Origin: Nitrospinales bacterium
GTDB taxonomy: Bacteria; Nitrospinota; Nitrospinia; Nitrospinales; JAJDAT01
Direction of reading: 5' to 3'
Length of the DNA stretch: 64,000 bases
Assembly: GCA_046757665.1 (NCBI GenBank)
Contig: JBHHYO010000002.1
Location: 1 to 64,000 of the forward strand
The notes beneath the pieces are model-generated. The model ran no database searches. It was not told the DNA's origin and worked only from the letters and a program-made list of their open reading frames with translations. Position 1 is the first letter of the stretch. The number at the start of each line of letters is the position of its first letter. The position numbers and the translations under genes are program-made. This document shows positions 19,724 through 30,462 of this stretch, piece by piece.

Positions 19724-20977
19724 ATGCGTTTATTCCTGGCATTGCTTCTGATACTTTACCAAGGTTCCCCGCTAAGCGCCCAGCCCAGCTCCGGGCAAGG
19801 TGTGCCTGTTGGAGTTGCCAAAACGGTTTTGCTTTCCGCAAAATCGAAAATAGACCTTTCGGGGACGGTGCTTCCCTGGGCGACGTCCCGCCTCGCGGCG
19901 GAAACGGATGGCCGGGTGGAACGTTTGTACTTCAATGAGGGACAATATGTCAAAAAGGGAGCCTTGCTGGTTCAGTTGGACACACGCCCGCTGGAACTGG
20001 AGCGTGCCTTGGCGGTTGCCGAGAAGAAGCAGGCGGCAACCCGCCTGGAAGAACTGCAAGCCGGTTCACGAAGCGAAACCATAGATGCCGCCACGGCGGC
20101 GGTGGCGCAGACGGAAGCCCGTCTCAAGATGACTCAAATCGAACTTAACCGTACGGAAAAACTTTACCGGGAAGGCGTATTAAGCGTTCACGATTACGAC
20201 AACAAACGCGCCTTGCACGACGAAACCCTGGCTCAGTTCGCGGAAAAAAAGGCGCGACTGGAAGAAGCCGTTGCCGGGCCGCGCATCGAAAGAATCCGGC
20301 AGGCAGAGGCCGCTCTTCTCGCCGCGGAAAGGCGCATCCGCATCATTGAAGATCGAATCGAGCGTTCATTAATCCTTGCCCCCTTTGACGGTTCCATCGC
20401 AACAAAGGACACCGAAGTGGGCCAGTGGCTGGAAAAAGGCGACCCGGCTTTGACCTTGATCGCCATCAATCCCCTGAAAGTCGAGGTGCACGTGCCGCAA
20501 CAGCATTTCAACAAAATTGAACTGGGCGCAACAGCAAGAATCATCCTGGAGTTCAGCCAACCCAACTCGCCCGGCACGGCGTTTCAAGGAACAGTCATCG
20601 AAAAAATCTATTCCGGAGATGTAACGTCGCGGACGTTTCCGGTGCGCGTAAAAGTGCATCCAACCCAGGCAAAACTTGCGCCGGGAATGCTGGTTCGGGT
20701 GGAGTTTTCTCCGCAAGGCAAAACCGCCGGCAACCTTTACGCGCCCAAAGACGCGATTGTGCGAACCCCCAGGGAAACCGCCGTGTGGGTGGCGCGCGAG
20801 GACAAGGACAAGAGCATGAGAGCCTTCAAAGTCCCGGTGAAAACAGGACAACAAACCAACGGTCTGATCGCCATTCAACCGATCGGCAAACAAATCGCGC
20901 CTGGGGAATGGGTCGTCGTTCAGGGTAACGAGCGGCTTCGACCCAACACGAAAATCGAAATCCAGAAACGGTATTAG
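19724..20977 (+). CDS. RND efflux periplasmic adaptor (MFP)
   Basis: GRVERLYFNEGQYVKKG lipoyl-like half, long coiled coil, APFDG, SRTFPVRV. Confidence 0.9.
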   Translation: MRLFLALLLILYQGSPLSAQPSSGQGVPVGVAKTVLLSAKSKIDLSGTVLPWATSRLAAETDGRVERLYFNEGQYVKKGALLVQLDTRPLELERALAVAEKKQAATRLEELQAGSRSETIDAATAAVAQTEARLKMTQIELNRTEKLYREGVLSVHDYDNKRALHDETLAQFAEKKARLEEAVAGPRIERIRQAEAALLAAERRIRIIEDRIERSLILAPFDGSIATKDTEVGQWLEKGDPALTLIAINPLKVEVHVPQQHFNKIELGATARIILEFSQPNSPGTAFQGTVIEKIYSGDVTSRTFPVRVKVHPTQAKLAPGMLVRVEFSPQGKTAGNLYAPKDAIVRTPRETAVWVAREDKDKSMRAFKVPVKTGQQTNGLIAIQPIGKQIAPGEWVVVQGNERLRPNTKIEIQKRY

Positions 20978-21073
20978 CGGCGGACCGCCTTGGCGCGGGG
21001 TGTACTTCAGCAGGTTGAACCCGATGTGCAACAACCCATTCCACCGCTACCTTGAGCGGACGAAACCTATTCC

Positions 21074-24000
21074 ATGAAACTGGTCGAACAATCTCTCAAA
21101 TACGGGGTAACGGTGGCGGTAGGGGTGATTTTTATCATCATGTTCGGCCTGTTGTCGCTGTTTCGCATTCCCATCCAGTTGACACCCGAGGTCAGCCAGC
21201 CGGAATTGACCATCTACACCGAATGGCCCGGCGCCAGCCCGGAGGAGGTGGAGCGGGAAATCATCGATGAACAGGAAAAACATCTGAAATCCCTGATCGG
21301 CCTCGTGGAAATGAAAAGCCTGTCGCAAACCGGGCGCGGCGAAATTTATCTCACATTTCAAACCGGAACGGATTTGCAGGACATCCTGGTGCGCACGGCA
21401 AATTCCCTGCAACAGGTTTCCTCCTATCCGGAAGACGTCGATGAACCCGTCATCAAAACGGTCAATATTTCCGACCGGCCCATTGCCTGGTTTGTCCTGC
21501 AACCTCTGCCGGGACAGGAAGACAAGGTCAACGTCTACCATTTTCGCGATTTTGCGGAGGACAAAATCAAGACCCGGTTCGAGCGGGTGCCCGGCGTTTC
21601 AGACAGCTCGGTTTACGGCGGGAGCAGGCTGGAAGCGCATGTGACCTTCAACCCCGCCGGACTGGCCGAACGCGGCCTCAGTATCTTCCAACTCCGCGAA
21701 GCCCTGCGGCGGCAAAATCACAACGTCAGCGGCGGCGACTTCGATGAGGGCAAGAGACGGTATATTATCCGCACGGTGGGAGAATTCCGCACGCTGGAGG
21801 ACATCGAAAACACAATCATATCCGAGGTGGAGGGAAAGCCGGTTTATGTAAAAGACGTCGCCACGGTGACCCTCGGCTATGATGAACTGCGCGCCTACGT
21901 GCGGCAAAACGGGTTGCCCGGTATCGCCATCAACGCCCAGCGAGAGATCGGCTCCAACATCATCAAGGTCATGCGGGACCTCAAAAAGGCGCGGGACGAA
22001 CTCAATGAAAATCTGCTGAAACCGCTGGGGCTCCACCTGGTGCAGACCGCGGACAAAACGGAGTACATTATCCGCGCCATCAACATGGTGCGATTCAACA
22101 TCATCGTTGGCGGAACCTTTGCGATCATCCTCCTGCTGGTATTTCTACGCAGTTTTTACAGCACCCTGGTTGTTGCGCTGGCTATTCCGATCAGCGTCAT
22201 CGGGTCGTTCCTGGTCATCACGCTCATGGGCAGGACGATCAATGTCATCATGCTTGCGGGCATGGCTTTCGCCGTTGGCATGGTCGTCGATGCGTCAATC
22301 ATTGTTCTGGAAAATATTCACCGCCACCGGGAAATGGGTAAACCGGTCGCCCAGGCGGCCCGGGACGGCGCCCTGGAAGTGTGGGGAGCCATTTTGGCCA
22401 GCACGCTGACCACGCTGGCCGTTTTTATCCCGATTCTTTTCATCGAAGAGGACGTGGGACAATTGTTTCGGGACATCGCCGTCGCCATCAGCGCGGCGGT
22501 CACGCTGTCGCTGATGGTGAGCATCCTGGTAATCCCGGTTCTCAGCAAAAAACTTTTGCAATATGAATCCACACACAATCAAATCCCGACTTTCAGGAAT
22601 CTCCTGGGATTGACGCCACTGGCGGTGAAATTCAATGAGGCGGTTATCTCCCTTCTCAAAAAATTGTTTCAATCCCGGCGAATGCAAATTGCCGTCGTTT
22701 TAGTTTTGATCCTGTTGCCGATTTTCATCACGTTGCAGATCATCCCCAAAACCGAATACCTCCCCGAAGGCGACCAGAACGTCATCATCGGTATAATGAT
22801 TCCTCCGCAGGGCTATAACATTGAGGAGGCGCACCGCATCGGAAGGGAAATGGAAGCCGGCTACCGTTCTTATTGGGAAACGGAAGCGGGAAAGGAAAAA
22901 GAAGCCGGCCTCGAAGGCCCGGCGGTGCGCAACTTCCTGTTCATCGGCACCGGAGGGAGCTTGTTCACCATCGTCAAGGCAAAGGACCCCGCGCGCGCCA
23001 AGGATTTGATTTTGCCGTTGAAGAGGGAACTGAAAAAAGTTCCGGGCATGATTGCCATCACCCGTCAGCTGTCGCTTTTTTCCAGCGCGTTTCGCGGTTC
23101 ACGCGGTATCGAAATCAATATTCTGGGACCCGACCTGGTTAAATTGACCACCCTCGCGCGAAATGCTTTTTTCAAACTGAAAAAAATCATGCCGGGCGCG
23201 CAGATCCGCCCCGTCCCAGGCATGGAGCTGGGGCAACCCCAAATTCAGGTGCTACCCAAATGGGAAGAAGTTGCGGATATGGGAGTGAATGTATTTGAGT
23301 TGGGTTACTCCGTCTCCGCCCTGGTGGACGGCGTTTACGCGGATGAAGTCTATCTGGACCCGGACAAGTTGAACGTAACCTATTTGCCGCGTGACGGAAT
23401 CGACCTGATCCTCAAAAGCCGCGACTCCGATATCACCCGCACCCAGGAAATCGATACCGCCATGGTAAACACACCGACGGGACAAACCGTTCCTCTAGGC
23501 AGTATCGCCACTACCGTGGAAACCGTCAGTTCGGAGCGTATTCAACACCTCGAACGCGACCGGTCCATTACCCTGGAGGTACTGCCACCGGCCAACTTGC
23601 CCCTGGAGGAAGGCATCGACCTGGTCAGAACGAAGATCATTCAACCCCTCAAGGATGATGGAACACTGACGGGTGGATACTCCATTCAATTGACGGGAAA
23701 CGCCGACAAACTGGAACGCACCCGGCAAGCCATGTCGGGAAACTTTGTCATGGCCATAATCATCACTTACCTTTTGCTGGCTGTTCTCTTCCAGCACTGG
23801 GGCTATCCGTTGATCATCATGCTGAGCGTCCCAATGGCCGCGGTGGGCGGCGTTTTCGGACTCTGGCTGATCAACCGCTTTGTCCTGCAACCCCTGGATG
23901 TGCTGACAATGCTGGGGTTCATCATCCTCATCGGCGTGGTCGTCAACAACGCGATACTGATCATCTATCAAAGTCTGAACAATCTGCGAAGCGGAGAAAT

Positions 24001-24265
24001 GACCCCGCGTGACGCCATCCTGGAAAGTGTCCGCACCCGCATCCGTCCCATCTTCATGAGCACGTTTACCAGCATCTTCGGCTTGATGCCGCTGGTGGTC
24101 CTGCCCGGAGCGGGAAGCGAGATTTATCGGGGGATCGGGACCGTAATTCTCTCCGGATTATTTTTCAGTATGCTGTTTACGCTCATCCTCATTCCCTCCC
24201 TGCTGAATCTCAGCATGTCGCTGAGAAAGGAAAAAAGACAAGCGATGGAAACATCGCCTTTATAG
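21074..24265 (+). CDS. RND efflux permease (AcrB family)
   Basis: 1063 aa; GMVVDASIIVLENI, GVVVNNAIL, RIRPIFMST. Confidence 0.93.
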   Translation: MKLVEQSLKYGVTVAVGVIFIIMFGLLSLFRIPIQLTPEVSQPELTIYTEWPGASPEEVEREIIDEQEKHLKSLIGLVEMKSLSQTGRGEIYLTFQTGTDLQDILVRTANSLQQVSSYPEDVDEPVIKTVNISDRPIAWFVLQPLPGQEDKVNVYHFRDFAEDKIKTRFERVPGVSDSSVYGGSRLEAHVTFNPAGLAERGLSIFQLREALRRQNHNVSGGDFDEGKRRYIIRTVGEFRTLEDIENTIISEVEGKPVYVKDVATVTLGYDELRAYVRQNGLPGIAINAQREIGSNIIKVMRDLKKARDELNENLLKPLGLHLVQTADKTEYIIRAINMVRFNIIVGGTFAIILLLVFLRSFYSTLVVALAIPISVIGSFLVITLMGRTINVIMLAGMAFAVGMVVDASIIVLENIHRHREMGKPVAQAARDGALEVWGAILASTLTTLAVFIPILFIEEDVGQLFRDIAVAISAAVTLSLMVSILVIPVLSKKLLQYESTHNQIPTFRNLLGLTPLAVKFNEAVISLLKKLFQSRRMQIAVVLVLILLPIFITLQIIPKTEYLPEGDQNVIIGIMIPPQGYNIEEAHRIGREMEAGYRSYWETEAGKEKEAGLEGPAVRNFLFIGTGGSLFTIVKAKDPARAKDLILPLKRELKKVPGMIAITRQLSLFSSAFRGSRGIEINILGPDLVKLTTLARNAFFKLKKIMPGAQIRPVPGMELGQPQIQVLPKWEEVADMGVNVFELGYSVSALVDGVYADEVYLDPDKLNVTYLPRDGIDLILKSRDSDITRTQEIDTAMVNTPTGQTVPLGSIATTVETVSSERIQHLERDRSITLEVLPPANLPLEEGIDLVRTKIIQPLKDDGTLTGGYSIQLTGNADKLERTRQAMSGNFVMAIIITYLLLAVLFQHWGYPLIIMLSVPMAAVGGVFGLWLINRFVLQPLDVLTMLGFIILIGVVVNNAILIIYQSLNNLRSGEMTPRDAILESVRTRIRPIFMSTFTSIFGLMPLVVLPGAGSEIYRGIGTVILSGLFFSMLFTLILIPSLLNLSMSLRKEKRQAMETSPL

Positions 24266-25198
24266 CTCAACCACCCTTTCGTACGCGCCCAGATTGACTT
24301 TCAATCCATTCTCAAGACTGCGCGACCGGGGAACGGCAAAGGTTCCGTTCAGGGTTATTGCAAGTACGCTCTTAAAGTTTCGATATTCTTCATCGGAATA
24401 AATGGCACAGGAATTTTCAAGAAGCTCATCCAGGTCTCTCTTGTCAAAAACGATTTTCCCCGTTTCATTTTCAAAGGCCTTCTCCACCGCAACAGTAAAG
24501 GGAATCACTCCCTCCTCCACGACCTGGCAACTGTTGCTTAAAAATCCCCGATGGAACAAACCCGATTTTACGACGTGCTCTATTACTCCTCCCGCCGCTT
24601 GCTCCGAGCCGTTGCCGAAGTTGGCCGGGCATATTATCGCGTCGGATTTCAGGTCCCGGGCATCGAACAGTGGAAGCACGTACAGGTCCGAGCAGATGAA
24701 AAAGAAGGCCGCATACGCCGCGCCATTTTGCCTCAGTGTGACCTTGTTGAGATAGGAATAGGGTGTCACATCCATCCTGGGAAAAGATTCGTCCCGATGG
24801 CGCAGTTCAAACGATTGCGGAGTTATTTTCGCCTGCGGCGAATAAATCCGCCCGGTTCTTGAGAAAATAAAAAGCGTGTTGTAATTGGTTTTCGGAGAGG
24901 CGTGGGGCAGGTCTTCGCCGGGATGGTTCAGGGAAGTGATCAGGGTCACGCCATGGTTTACAGCGGCCTTGGATAATTCATTATAAGCTTTTTCGGACCC
25001 CTTGACGGTATACGCTCCATACTCAGGGAAGAGGATAGCGGTACCCGGTGCGGCGGCGGAGGCTTTTTGAAGAATCTCCTCAAGTTGTTGCTCCTCCCGC
25101 GCCATCCTGAATGTTTTTGGAACTATTTTTATAGGCATGAGAAATGCCGGCGGCGGTTTTTCAGGAAATCTTCCCGGACCTCTTATAATACTTTTCAC
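24260..25198 (-). CDS. Divergent nitrilase/carbon-nitrogen hydrolase superfamily protein
   Basis: Glu-Lys-Cys triad motifs LFPEY, QAKIT, FICSDL; GTG start overlaps the ACAD stop. Confidence 0.65.
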   Translation of the reverse strand: MKSIIRGPGRFPEKPPPAFLMPIKIVPKTFRMAREEQQLEEILQKASAAAPGTAILFPEYGAYTVKGSEKAYNELSKAAVNHGVTLITSLNHPGEDLPHASPKTNYNTLFIFSRTGRIYSPQAKITPQSFELRHRDESFPRMDVTPYSYLNKVTLRQNGAAYAAFFFICSDLYVLPLFDARDLKSDAIICPANFGNGSEQAAGGVIEHVVKSGLFHRGFLSNSCQVVEEGVIPFTVAVEKAFENETGKIVFDKRDLDELLENSCAIYSDEEYRNFKSVLAITLNGTFAVPRSRSLENGLKVNLGAYERVVEL

Positions 25199-26550
25199 AC
25201 GCTATGTTTTTTTACTTCCATACCGGCAATGATATTTTCCAACACTTCCGGCACCGCTTCCCCGAAATAATAAAGCCAGCTGTCCAGATAATGCTTCATC
25301 ATGGGATTTTCCTTGACGACGGAACTTGCGCCGCCAATTTTAATCAGATAATCACAGACTTTCTGCGCCACCAGCGATGTCTTGAGTTTCGCCCCGTTCC
25401 CCTCAAGAACATACTCACGCAGAAACTCCGGGTTGTCCGGGTCCGCGTCATACCGCCCTTTCAGCCATGCGGCACGGTAGGTCATGTCCCTGGCGGCGTT
25501 GATTTCCATGGACATCTCGGCAATTTTCGCTTTTGTTCTGTCGTATTCCACCAAATGCTTGCCGGCGGACTTTTTCCCCTCCATGGCAATATTCAGATAC
25601 TCCTCAAAAGCTCTCTGAGCCAAACCGGTAGCCAAAGCGGCAATAGTCACTCGGCCGGAATTCAGCATTCTGACGGCATACTGCATTCCATAACCCGGCT
25701 TGCCGACCAAATTATCCAAGGGAACTTCGACGGCATCCAGCACCAGTTCTCCCAATGACGAATTTTCGACGATTCTTTTTTCAAACAACTGTCCGATGTT
25801 AAATCCGCGAGTTCCACGCTCGACAATAAACAAGGAAATCCCGTGCCTGGGATCATCCGACGTTCTGGCAAAAATTGCGTAGACATCCGCCGCACCGGCA
25901 TTGGTGATGAACATTTTATTGCCATCGATCCGGTAATGCGCTCCATCCTCGGAAAGTACGGCTCGTGTCGTCATTTCCCGCATGATGTTGGATCCGGAAG
26001 CAGAAGCTTCGGTCAAACCAAAAGCGGCAAGTTTTTCACCCGCAACCAACTCCCTGAGTATTTTTTCGCCATATTCCGACAAGGTTCCGGCGGCATGATT
26101 GAAACGCAGTCCCTCCGCCACCGTATTTGAAATCGCATATCTCACGCCGATACTGGGAGACGCTTTGCCAAGAGTTTCAAGAAAAGCGATGAATACCGGA
26201 TAGGGGAAACCCACTCCACCTAATTCTTCGGTGAAAGAGGCGCCGGGAAGTCCAAACTCCACAATCCGGTCGTAAATTTCGCCGGGGATTTTTTCTTCGC
26301 TTTTTATTTCATTAATAATGTCTGCAATAGCCGCCCGGTCGATTTGTTTTCTCTCTTCCAGGCTTTCCTTAAAATGTTCGAGGGGATTTCTCGACCTCCG
26401 CAGTTCGGTTTTTTGCTCGGCGGGAAGCACCGTTTTTTCCACAAGTTTTCCGAAAGTGTCCAGCATATCCAGATAGATCGAAAGGTTCTCCTGGCCGCCA
26501 TATACCATCTCGATCCAGTCTTTTTGCTGACGTGTCACATAGCTCATCAT
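25195..26550 (-). CDS. Acyl-CoA dehydrogenase family protein
   Basis: AFGLTEASASGS, DGNKMFITNA, LNSGRVTIAA, divergent C-terminal FGEAVPEV. Confidence 0.9.
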   Translation of the reverse strand: MMSYVTRQQKDWIEMVYGGQENLSIYLDMLDTFGKLVEKTVLPAEQKTELRRSRNPLEHFKESLEERKQIDRAAIADIINEIKSEEKIPGEIYDRIVEFGLPGASFTEELGGVGFPYPVFIAFLETLGKASPSIGVRYAISNTVAEGLRFNHAAGTLSEYGEKILRELVAGEKLAAFGLTEASASGSNIMREMTTRAVLSEDGAHYRIDGNKMFITNAGAADVYAIFARTSDDPRHGISLFIVERGTRGFNIGQLFEKRIVENSSLGELVLDAVEVPLDNLVGKPGYGMQYAVRMLNSGRVTIAALATGLAQRAFEEYLNIAMEGKKSAGKHLVEYDRTKAKIAEMSMEINAARDMTYRAAWLKGRYDADPDNPEFLREYVLEGNGAKLKTSLVAQKVCDYLIKIGGASSVVKENPMMKHYLDSWLYYFGEAVPEVLENIIAGMEVKKHSV

Positions 26551-26599
26551 TTCACCCCGTCATCGGAAACGCCGCGGATTATTCCGGATTGGACGCATC

Positions 26600-27193
26600 T
26601 TAAATCTTATAATATCTGCTTTGGACATAACCTTCCGGCAGTTCCCGGGCATTTTTCATAACCCACATCACATCACTGGCGCTGGCCCGCGGTTTCTGCC
26701 GGAATACGGGCCGCAACTCGTCGCCCTTTTTAAGTCGCGAATAATCCTCGGAACAAACCATGCCCGCAACCAGGGTATCCAGTTCCACCGAGCCGTCACC
26801 CGGTAAAACAGCCTTTATCCAGGCGACGGTAACGGGAAGTTGATCCATAAAGCTGATCCCCGCCAGTTCAATCGCGGTGGACAGTGTATTCACATAAAAC
26901 CCGGTATCGTCCGGCAGTTTTTCCCACCGGGTTTTCTCATAACATTCCGGACAGTCCGCCCTCGGCACTTGAAACCTTAAAATCCCCAGATCATCGTGGC
27001 CGTCCACATTGTCGCAAACTGTATAAAAAAGCTCTGCCTCCTTGCCGCCCATGATCCCCTTTATATAAGGAGACATGCCGCCATAGCTTTTTTTGTATTT
27101 TATGCTGACCTCACGTTGCACAATCACAACATCGCTCCGAGCCGGTTTGTAAGCTTTATCTCCGGCAGTCAGCGCTTTATCCTCAACCGGCAT
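26600..27193 (-). CDS. DUF35-type Zn-ribbon/OB-fold acyl-CoA-binding protein
   Basis: PRADCPEC, GDELRPVF; 3 nt downstream of the thiolase-fold gene. Confidence 0.75.
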   Translation of the reverse strand: MPVEDKALTAGDKAYKPARSDVVIVQREVSIKYKKSYGGMSPYIKGIMGGKEAELFYTVCDNVDGHDDLGILRFQVPRADCPECYEKTRWEKLPDDTGFYVNTLSTAIELAGISFMDQLPVTVAWIKAVLPGDGSVELDTLVAGMVCSEDYSRLKKGDELRPVFRQKPRASASDVMWVMKNARELPEGYVQSRYYKI

Positions 27194-27196
27194 AAT

Positions 27197-28609
27197 TCAC
27201 CACCCTCTTTCGACAGTCGTCACGGTAATATCGCTTCCCGTTCCGGCGTGGCTGTGAAACAACGCGATTTTGGGGTCCGGAACCTGCAATTCCGGGTGAC
27301 CATATTTGTTTTCTATTTTCCCTTGCATCTGCCAAAGTACGTCAACCGCTTGTGTGTTCCCCGTGGCGCCGACCGCGTGCATCTGGCCGATAAGCCCGCC
27401 GGAGGGATTGACATACAGTCCATTTTCGCCGCCTATTTTCGGATTGATGGGAACCTTGCCATCATCCAGAGGCAGGGCGTTAAACAGCTCGCTCGCGTGG
27501 CCGTAAGGCACCATGCCCAAATCTTCCATGGTCTGAATAACTGAAATGACAAAAGCATCATGAATCTCAATGAGGTCAAAATATTCCAGTGGTCTCCCGG
27601 TAACACCGGCCATCGCGTAAGCTTTTTTTGCCGCCCATCGCCCGGCCCGGAAAGAATGCAAACCCGGATATTCAAGCCGGCGATAATAATCCACCAGTTT
27701 CGGGTCGTCTTCTTCGTGCGGCAACAACAAGTCTTCCTTCACCAATCCGCCGACGGTTCTCGGTCTTTCTCCCGTTCTCATGCAATCCGTACCATTACCT
27801 ATTCCAGTAATATAAACGGGTTGGTCGCTAAGCTGTTTTGCCAAATCCTCAGATGCAACGACAACCGCCGATGCTCCATCGGTCATCAGACAACAATCCA
27901 GCCGGTATGAGGGTGTAGCGACAATTCCCGAGTTGACCACATCGTCCACCTGGATGAACCCGCAGGTGGAAACGGTCGCGTAAGGATTATCGCGGCTGGT
28001 TTGAGCCCTGCGGTTATATTGCGCATTGTTTCGCATCAAAACGGCGATTTTGGAAAAAGCGTCCCTTATCTCCTCTGCCGAAACGGTTCTGCCCACGAAA
28101 GTATCAAGATAAGCTTGCGCCATGGCGGCATAGTAAAGCGGGTAGTAACCACCGTTGGGAAAGTCCGCCACCGTGTCGGAAGCCAAGGCAATAAACTCGT
28201 TGCCTTGAAACGTATTCACTTCCGACATTTTTTCATACCCGACGGCAAGAGCGAGGTCCACTCTACCGGAGGCGACTTTTTCAATGGCCGCCTGAACCCC
28301 CAGTCCGCCGGTAGCCCCGCCGCCCACAACCCGGCAGGCTTCAACGGGATTCAGTCCCAAGTAATCCCTTGTCAGAGCTTCTCCCAACAACTGCCCCGCA
28401 AAATGGTCGGCAAAATGGGTAACCACCATCCCACCCCGTTCCCGCATCAATTTTCTAAAAGCCTTCGGCTTCATTTGCAAATCCGATACGGCTTCCTTCA
28501 CGGCTTGCAAAGCCATTTCAAAAAACATCAAATCCGGATTTGCCTTGGCAAAATAATCGACTTTTCCACCGGCAATCAACGCAACTTTTCTGTTCAATGA
28601 GCCTGACAT
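27197..28609 (-). CDS. SCP2/Ltp-type thiolase-fold protein
   Basis: GYEKM, DGASAVVVAS, EIHDAF, NPSGGLIGQMHAVGATG; canonical nucleophile position reads GGGATGG. Confidence 0.85.
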   Translation of the reverse strand: MSGSLNRKVALIAGGKVDYFAKANPDLMFFEMALQAVKEAVSDLQMKPKAFRKLMRERGGMVVTHFADHFAGQLLGEALTRDYLGLNPVEACRVVGGGATGGLGVQAAIEKVASGRVDLALAVGYEKMSEVNTFQGNEFIALASDTVADFPNGGYYPLYYAAMAQAYLDTFVGRTVSAEEIRDAFSKIAVLMRNNAQYNRRAQTSRDNPYATVSTCGFIQVDDVVNSGIVATPSYRLDCCLMTDGASAVVVASEDLAKQLSDQPVYITGIGNGTDCMRTGERPRTVGGLVKEDLLLPHEEDDPKLVDYYRRLEYPGLHSFRAGRWAAKKAYAMAGVTGRPLEYFDLIEIHDAFVISVIQTMEDLGMVPYGHASELFNALPLDDGKVPINPKIGGENGLYVNPSGGLIGQMHAVGATGNTQAVDVLWQMQGKIENKYGHPELQVPDPKIALFHSHAGTGSDITVTTVERGW

Positions 28610-28783
28610 ATCAAACCCCCCTCTTGTTTTAATTTTATCACGCAGTCAATCCAGGATTTGGGTTTTTAAACGATTTTTATTTCCTCCGGACGGCAATTCT
28701 TCCGCAAATGCTTTATAATGAAAAAGAGCTCCTCAAAGAGAAATAAATACCCTGTGGAAGAAATTTTTCTTGGGAGTCTAAAC

Positions 28784-30451
28784 ATGACCAATAAACCCTG
28801 GTTGGACCATTTGACCATCGGGCAGGTCTTGAACACCATATCCGACCGTTTCCCCGATCACGACGCGCTCGTTTTTCCCGCCGCGCAATATCGATCGTCC
28901 TATAACGAGTTTAGAACTAATGTAGATGCAACGGCAAAAGGTCTGCTTGCCTTGGGCATTAACAAGGGAGACTGTGTTGGGATTTGGGCCACCAATGTGC
29001 CCGAATGGGTCATTCTGCAAATGGCCTCGGCGCGTATTGGCGCCGTAATGGTGACAATCAATCCGGCTTACCGCCCCTTCGAATTGAAATATGTCCTCGC
29101 GCAAAGCGATGTAAAAGCCCTTTTCCTTATAGACCATTTCAAAACATCCGATTACTTCGGGATTTTTGATGAAGTTTGTCCAGAGTCCGCAAAGTCCGAA
29201 CCCGGCGGACTCAACAGTCCCACCTTTCCAAAATTGCGCTGGGTGATCAGCCTTAGAGGCAAAACACCACGGGGAATGATTTCATGGATTACCATGTTGG
29301 CCAAAGGTTCCGAAATCAGCGATGAGGTACTGAACGAATCGGCAGAAAAACCACAGGCATCCGACCGGATCAATATCCAATACACGTCCGGAACAACGGG
29401 CTTCCCCAAGGCCGCGATGCTGACGCACCGGAATATTTTGCTGAATGCTTTTTATACCAGCGGCAATCAAGGCTTCACGGAAAACGACCGGGTATGCATT
29501 CCAGTGCCGTTTTATCACTGCTTCGGCTGTGTACTGGGCGTCTTGGGGGCCATGGTTCGCGGAGCGGCAATGATCGTTCCCGCCGAATATTTTTCCTCCA
29601 CCGCCACACTGGACGCCATCGAACACGAGGGGGCAACAGCTATTTACGGTGTGCCGACCATGTTTGTTTCCATGCTGGAAGACTCCACTTTCGCCAGCCG
29701 GAATTTAAGCTCCCTGCGAACCGGCATTATGGCCGGGGCGCCTTGCCTGATTGAAATCATGAATCGGGTCATCAACGACATGGGGGCTCACCAAATCACA
29801 ATCGGCTATGGACTCACGGAGGCTTCGCCCGTGTTTACTCAAACCCGAATCGATGACCCGGTGGAAGTCAGGGTCAACACAGTCGGTTCCCCTATTCCGG
29901 ATGTGGAGGTCAAAATCATCGATCCCAAATCCGGGAAGGAACTCGGCGATGATGAACAAGGCGAAATATGCGTCCGCGGTCACGTTGTCATGCAAGGGTA
30001 TTACAAAGATCCGGAGGGCACGGAACAAACCATCGATAAGGATGGATGGCTCCACTCCGGCGATCTTGCACTGCGTCGAAAAGACGGCAATTACCGCATA
30101 ACAGGCCGAATCAAAGACATGGTGATTCGCGGGGGAGAAAATATCTATCCGCGCGAAATCGAAGAATACCTGTTCACTCATCCCGCGGTCGAGCAAGTAT
30201 CCGTAGTAGGCGTCCCGGACCATAAATTTGGAGAAGAGCTGTGCGCCTGGATTCAATTGAAATCCGGGGTACAAGCAACCGAAGATGAAATTCGCAACTA
30301 TTGTCGGGACATGCTTGCCCATTTCAAAATTCCGCGCTATGTGCGAATAGTTAAATCTTTTCCACAAACCGTGTCCGGTAAAATCCAGAAATTTAAAATC
30401 CGCGAGCAAATGATCCGTGAACTTGGACTCAGCGAGGTAAAATCGAATTAG
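28784..30451 (+). CDS. Acyl-CoA synthetase (AMP-binding)
   Basis: YTSGTTGFPK, GYGLTEASP, RGGENIYPREIEE, SGKIQK; GGGAG RBS before ATG 28784. Confidence 0.92.
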   Translation: MTNKPWLDHLTIGQVLNTISDRFPDHDALVFPAAQYRSSYNEFRTNVDATAKGLLALGINKGDCVGIWATNVPEWVILQMASARIGAVMVTINPAYRPFELKYVLAQSDVKALFLIDHFKTSDYFGIFDEVCPESAKSEPGGLNSPTFPKLRWVISLRGKTPRGMISWITMLAKGSEISDEVLNESAEKPQASDRINIQYTSGTTGFPKAAMLTHRNILLNAFYTSGNQGFTENDRVCIPVPFYHCFGCVLGVLGAMVRGAAMIVPAEYFSSTATLDAIEHEGATAIYGVPTMFVSMLEDSTFASRNLSSLRTGIMAGAPCLIEIMNRVINDMGAHQITIGYGLTEASPVFTQTRIDDPVEVRVNTVGSPIPDVEVKIIDPKSGKELGDDEQGEICVRGHVVMQGYYKDPEGTEQTIDKDGWLHSGDLALRRKDGNYRITGRIKDMVIRGGENIYPREIEEYLFTHPAVEQVSVVGVPDHKFGEELCAWIQLKSGVQATEDEIRNYCRDMLAHFKIPRYVRIVKSFPQTVSGKIQKFKIREQMIRELGLSEVKSN

Positions 30452-30462
30452 TATCGGTTCTC

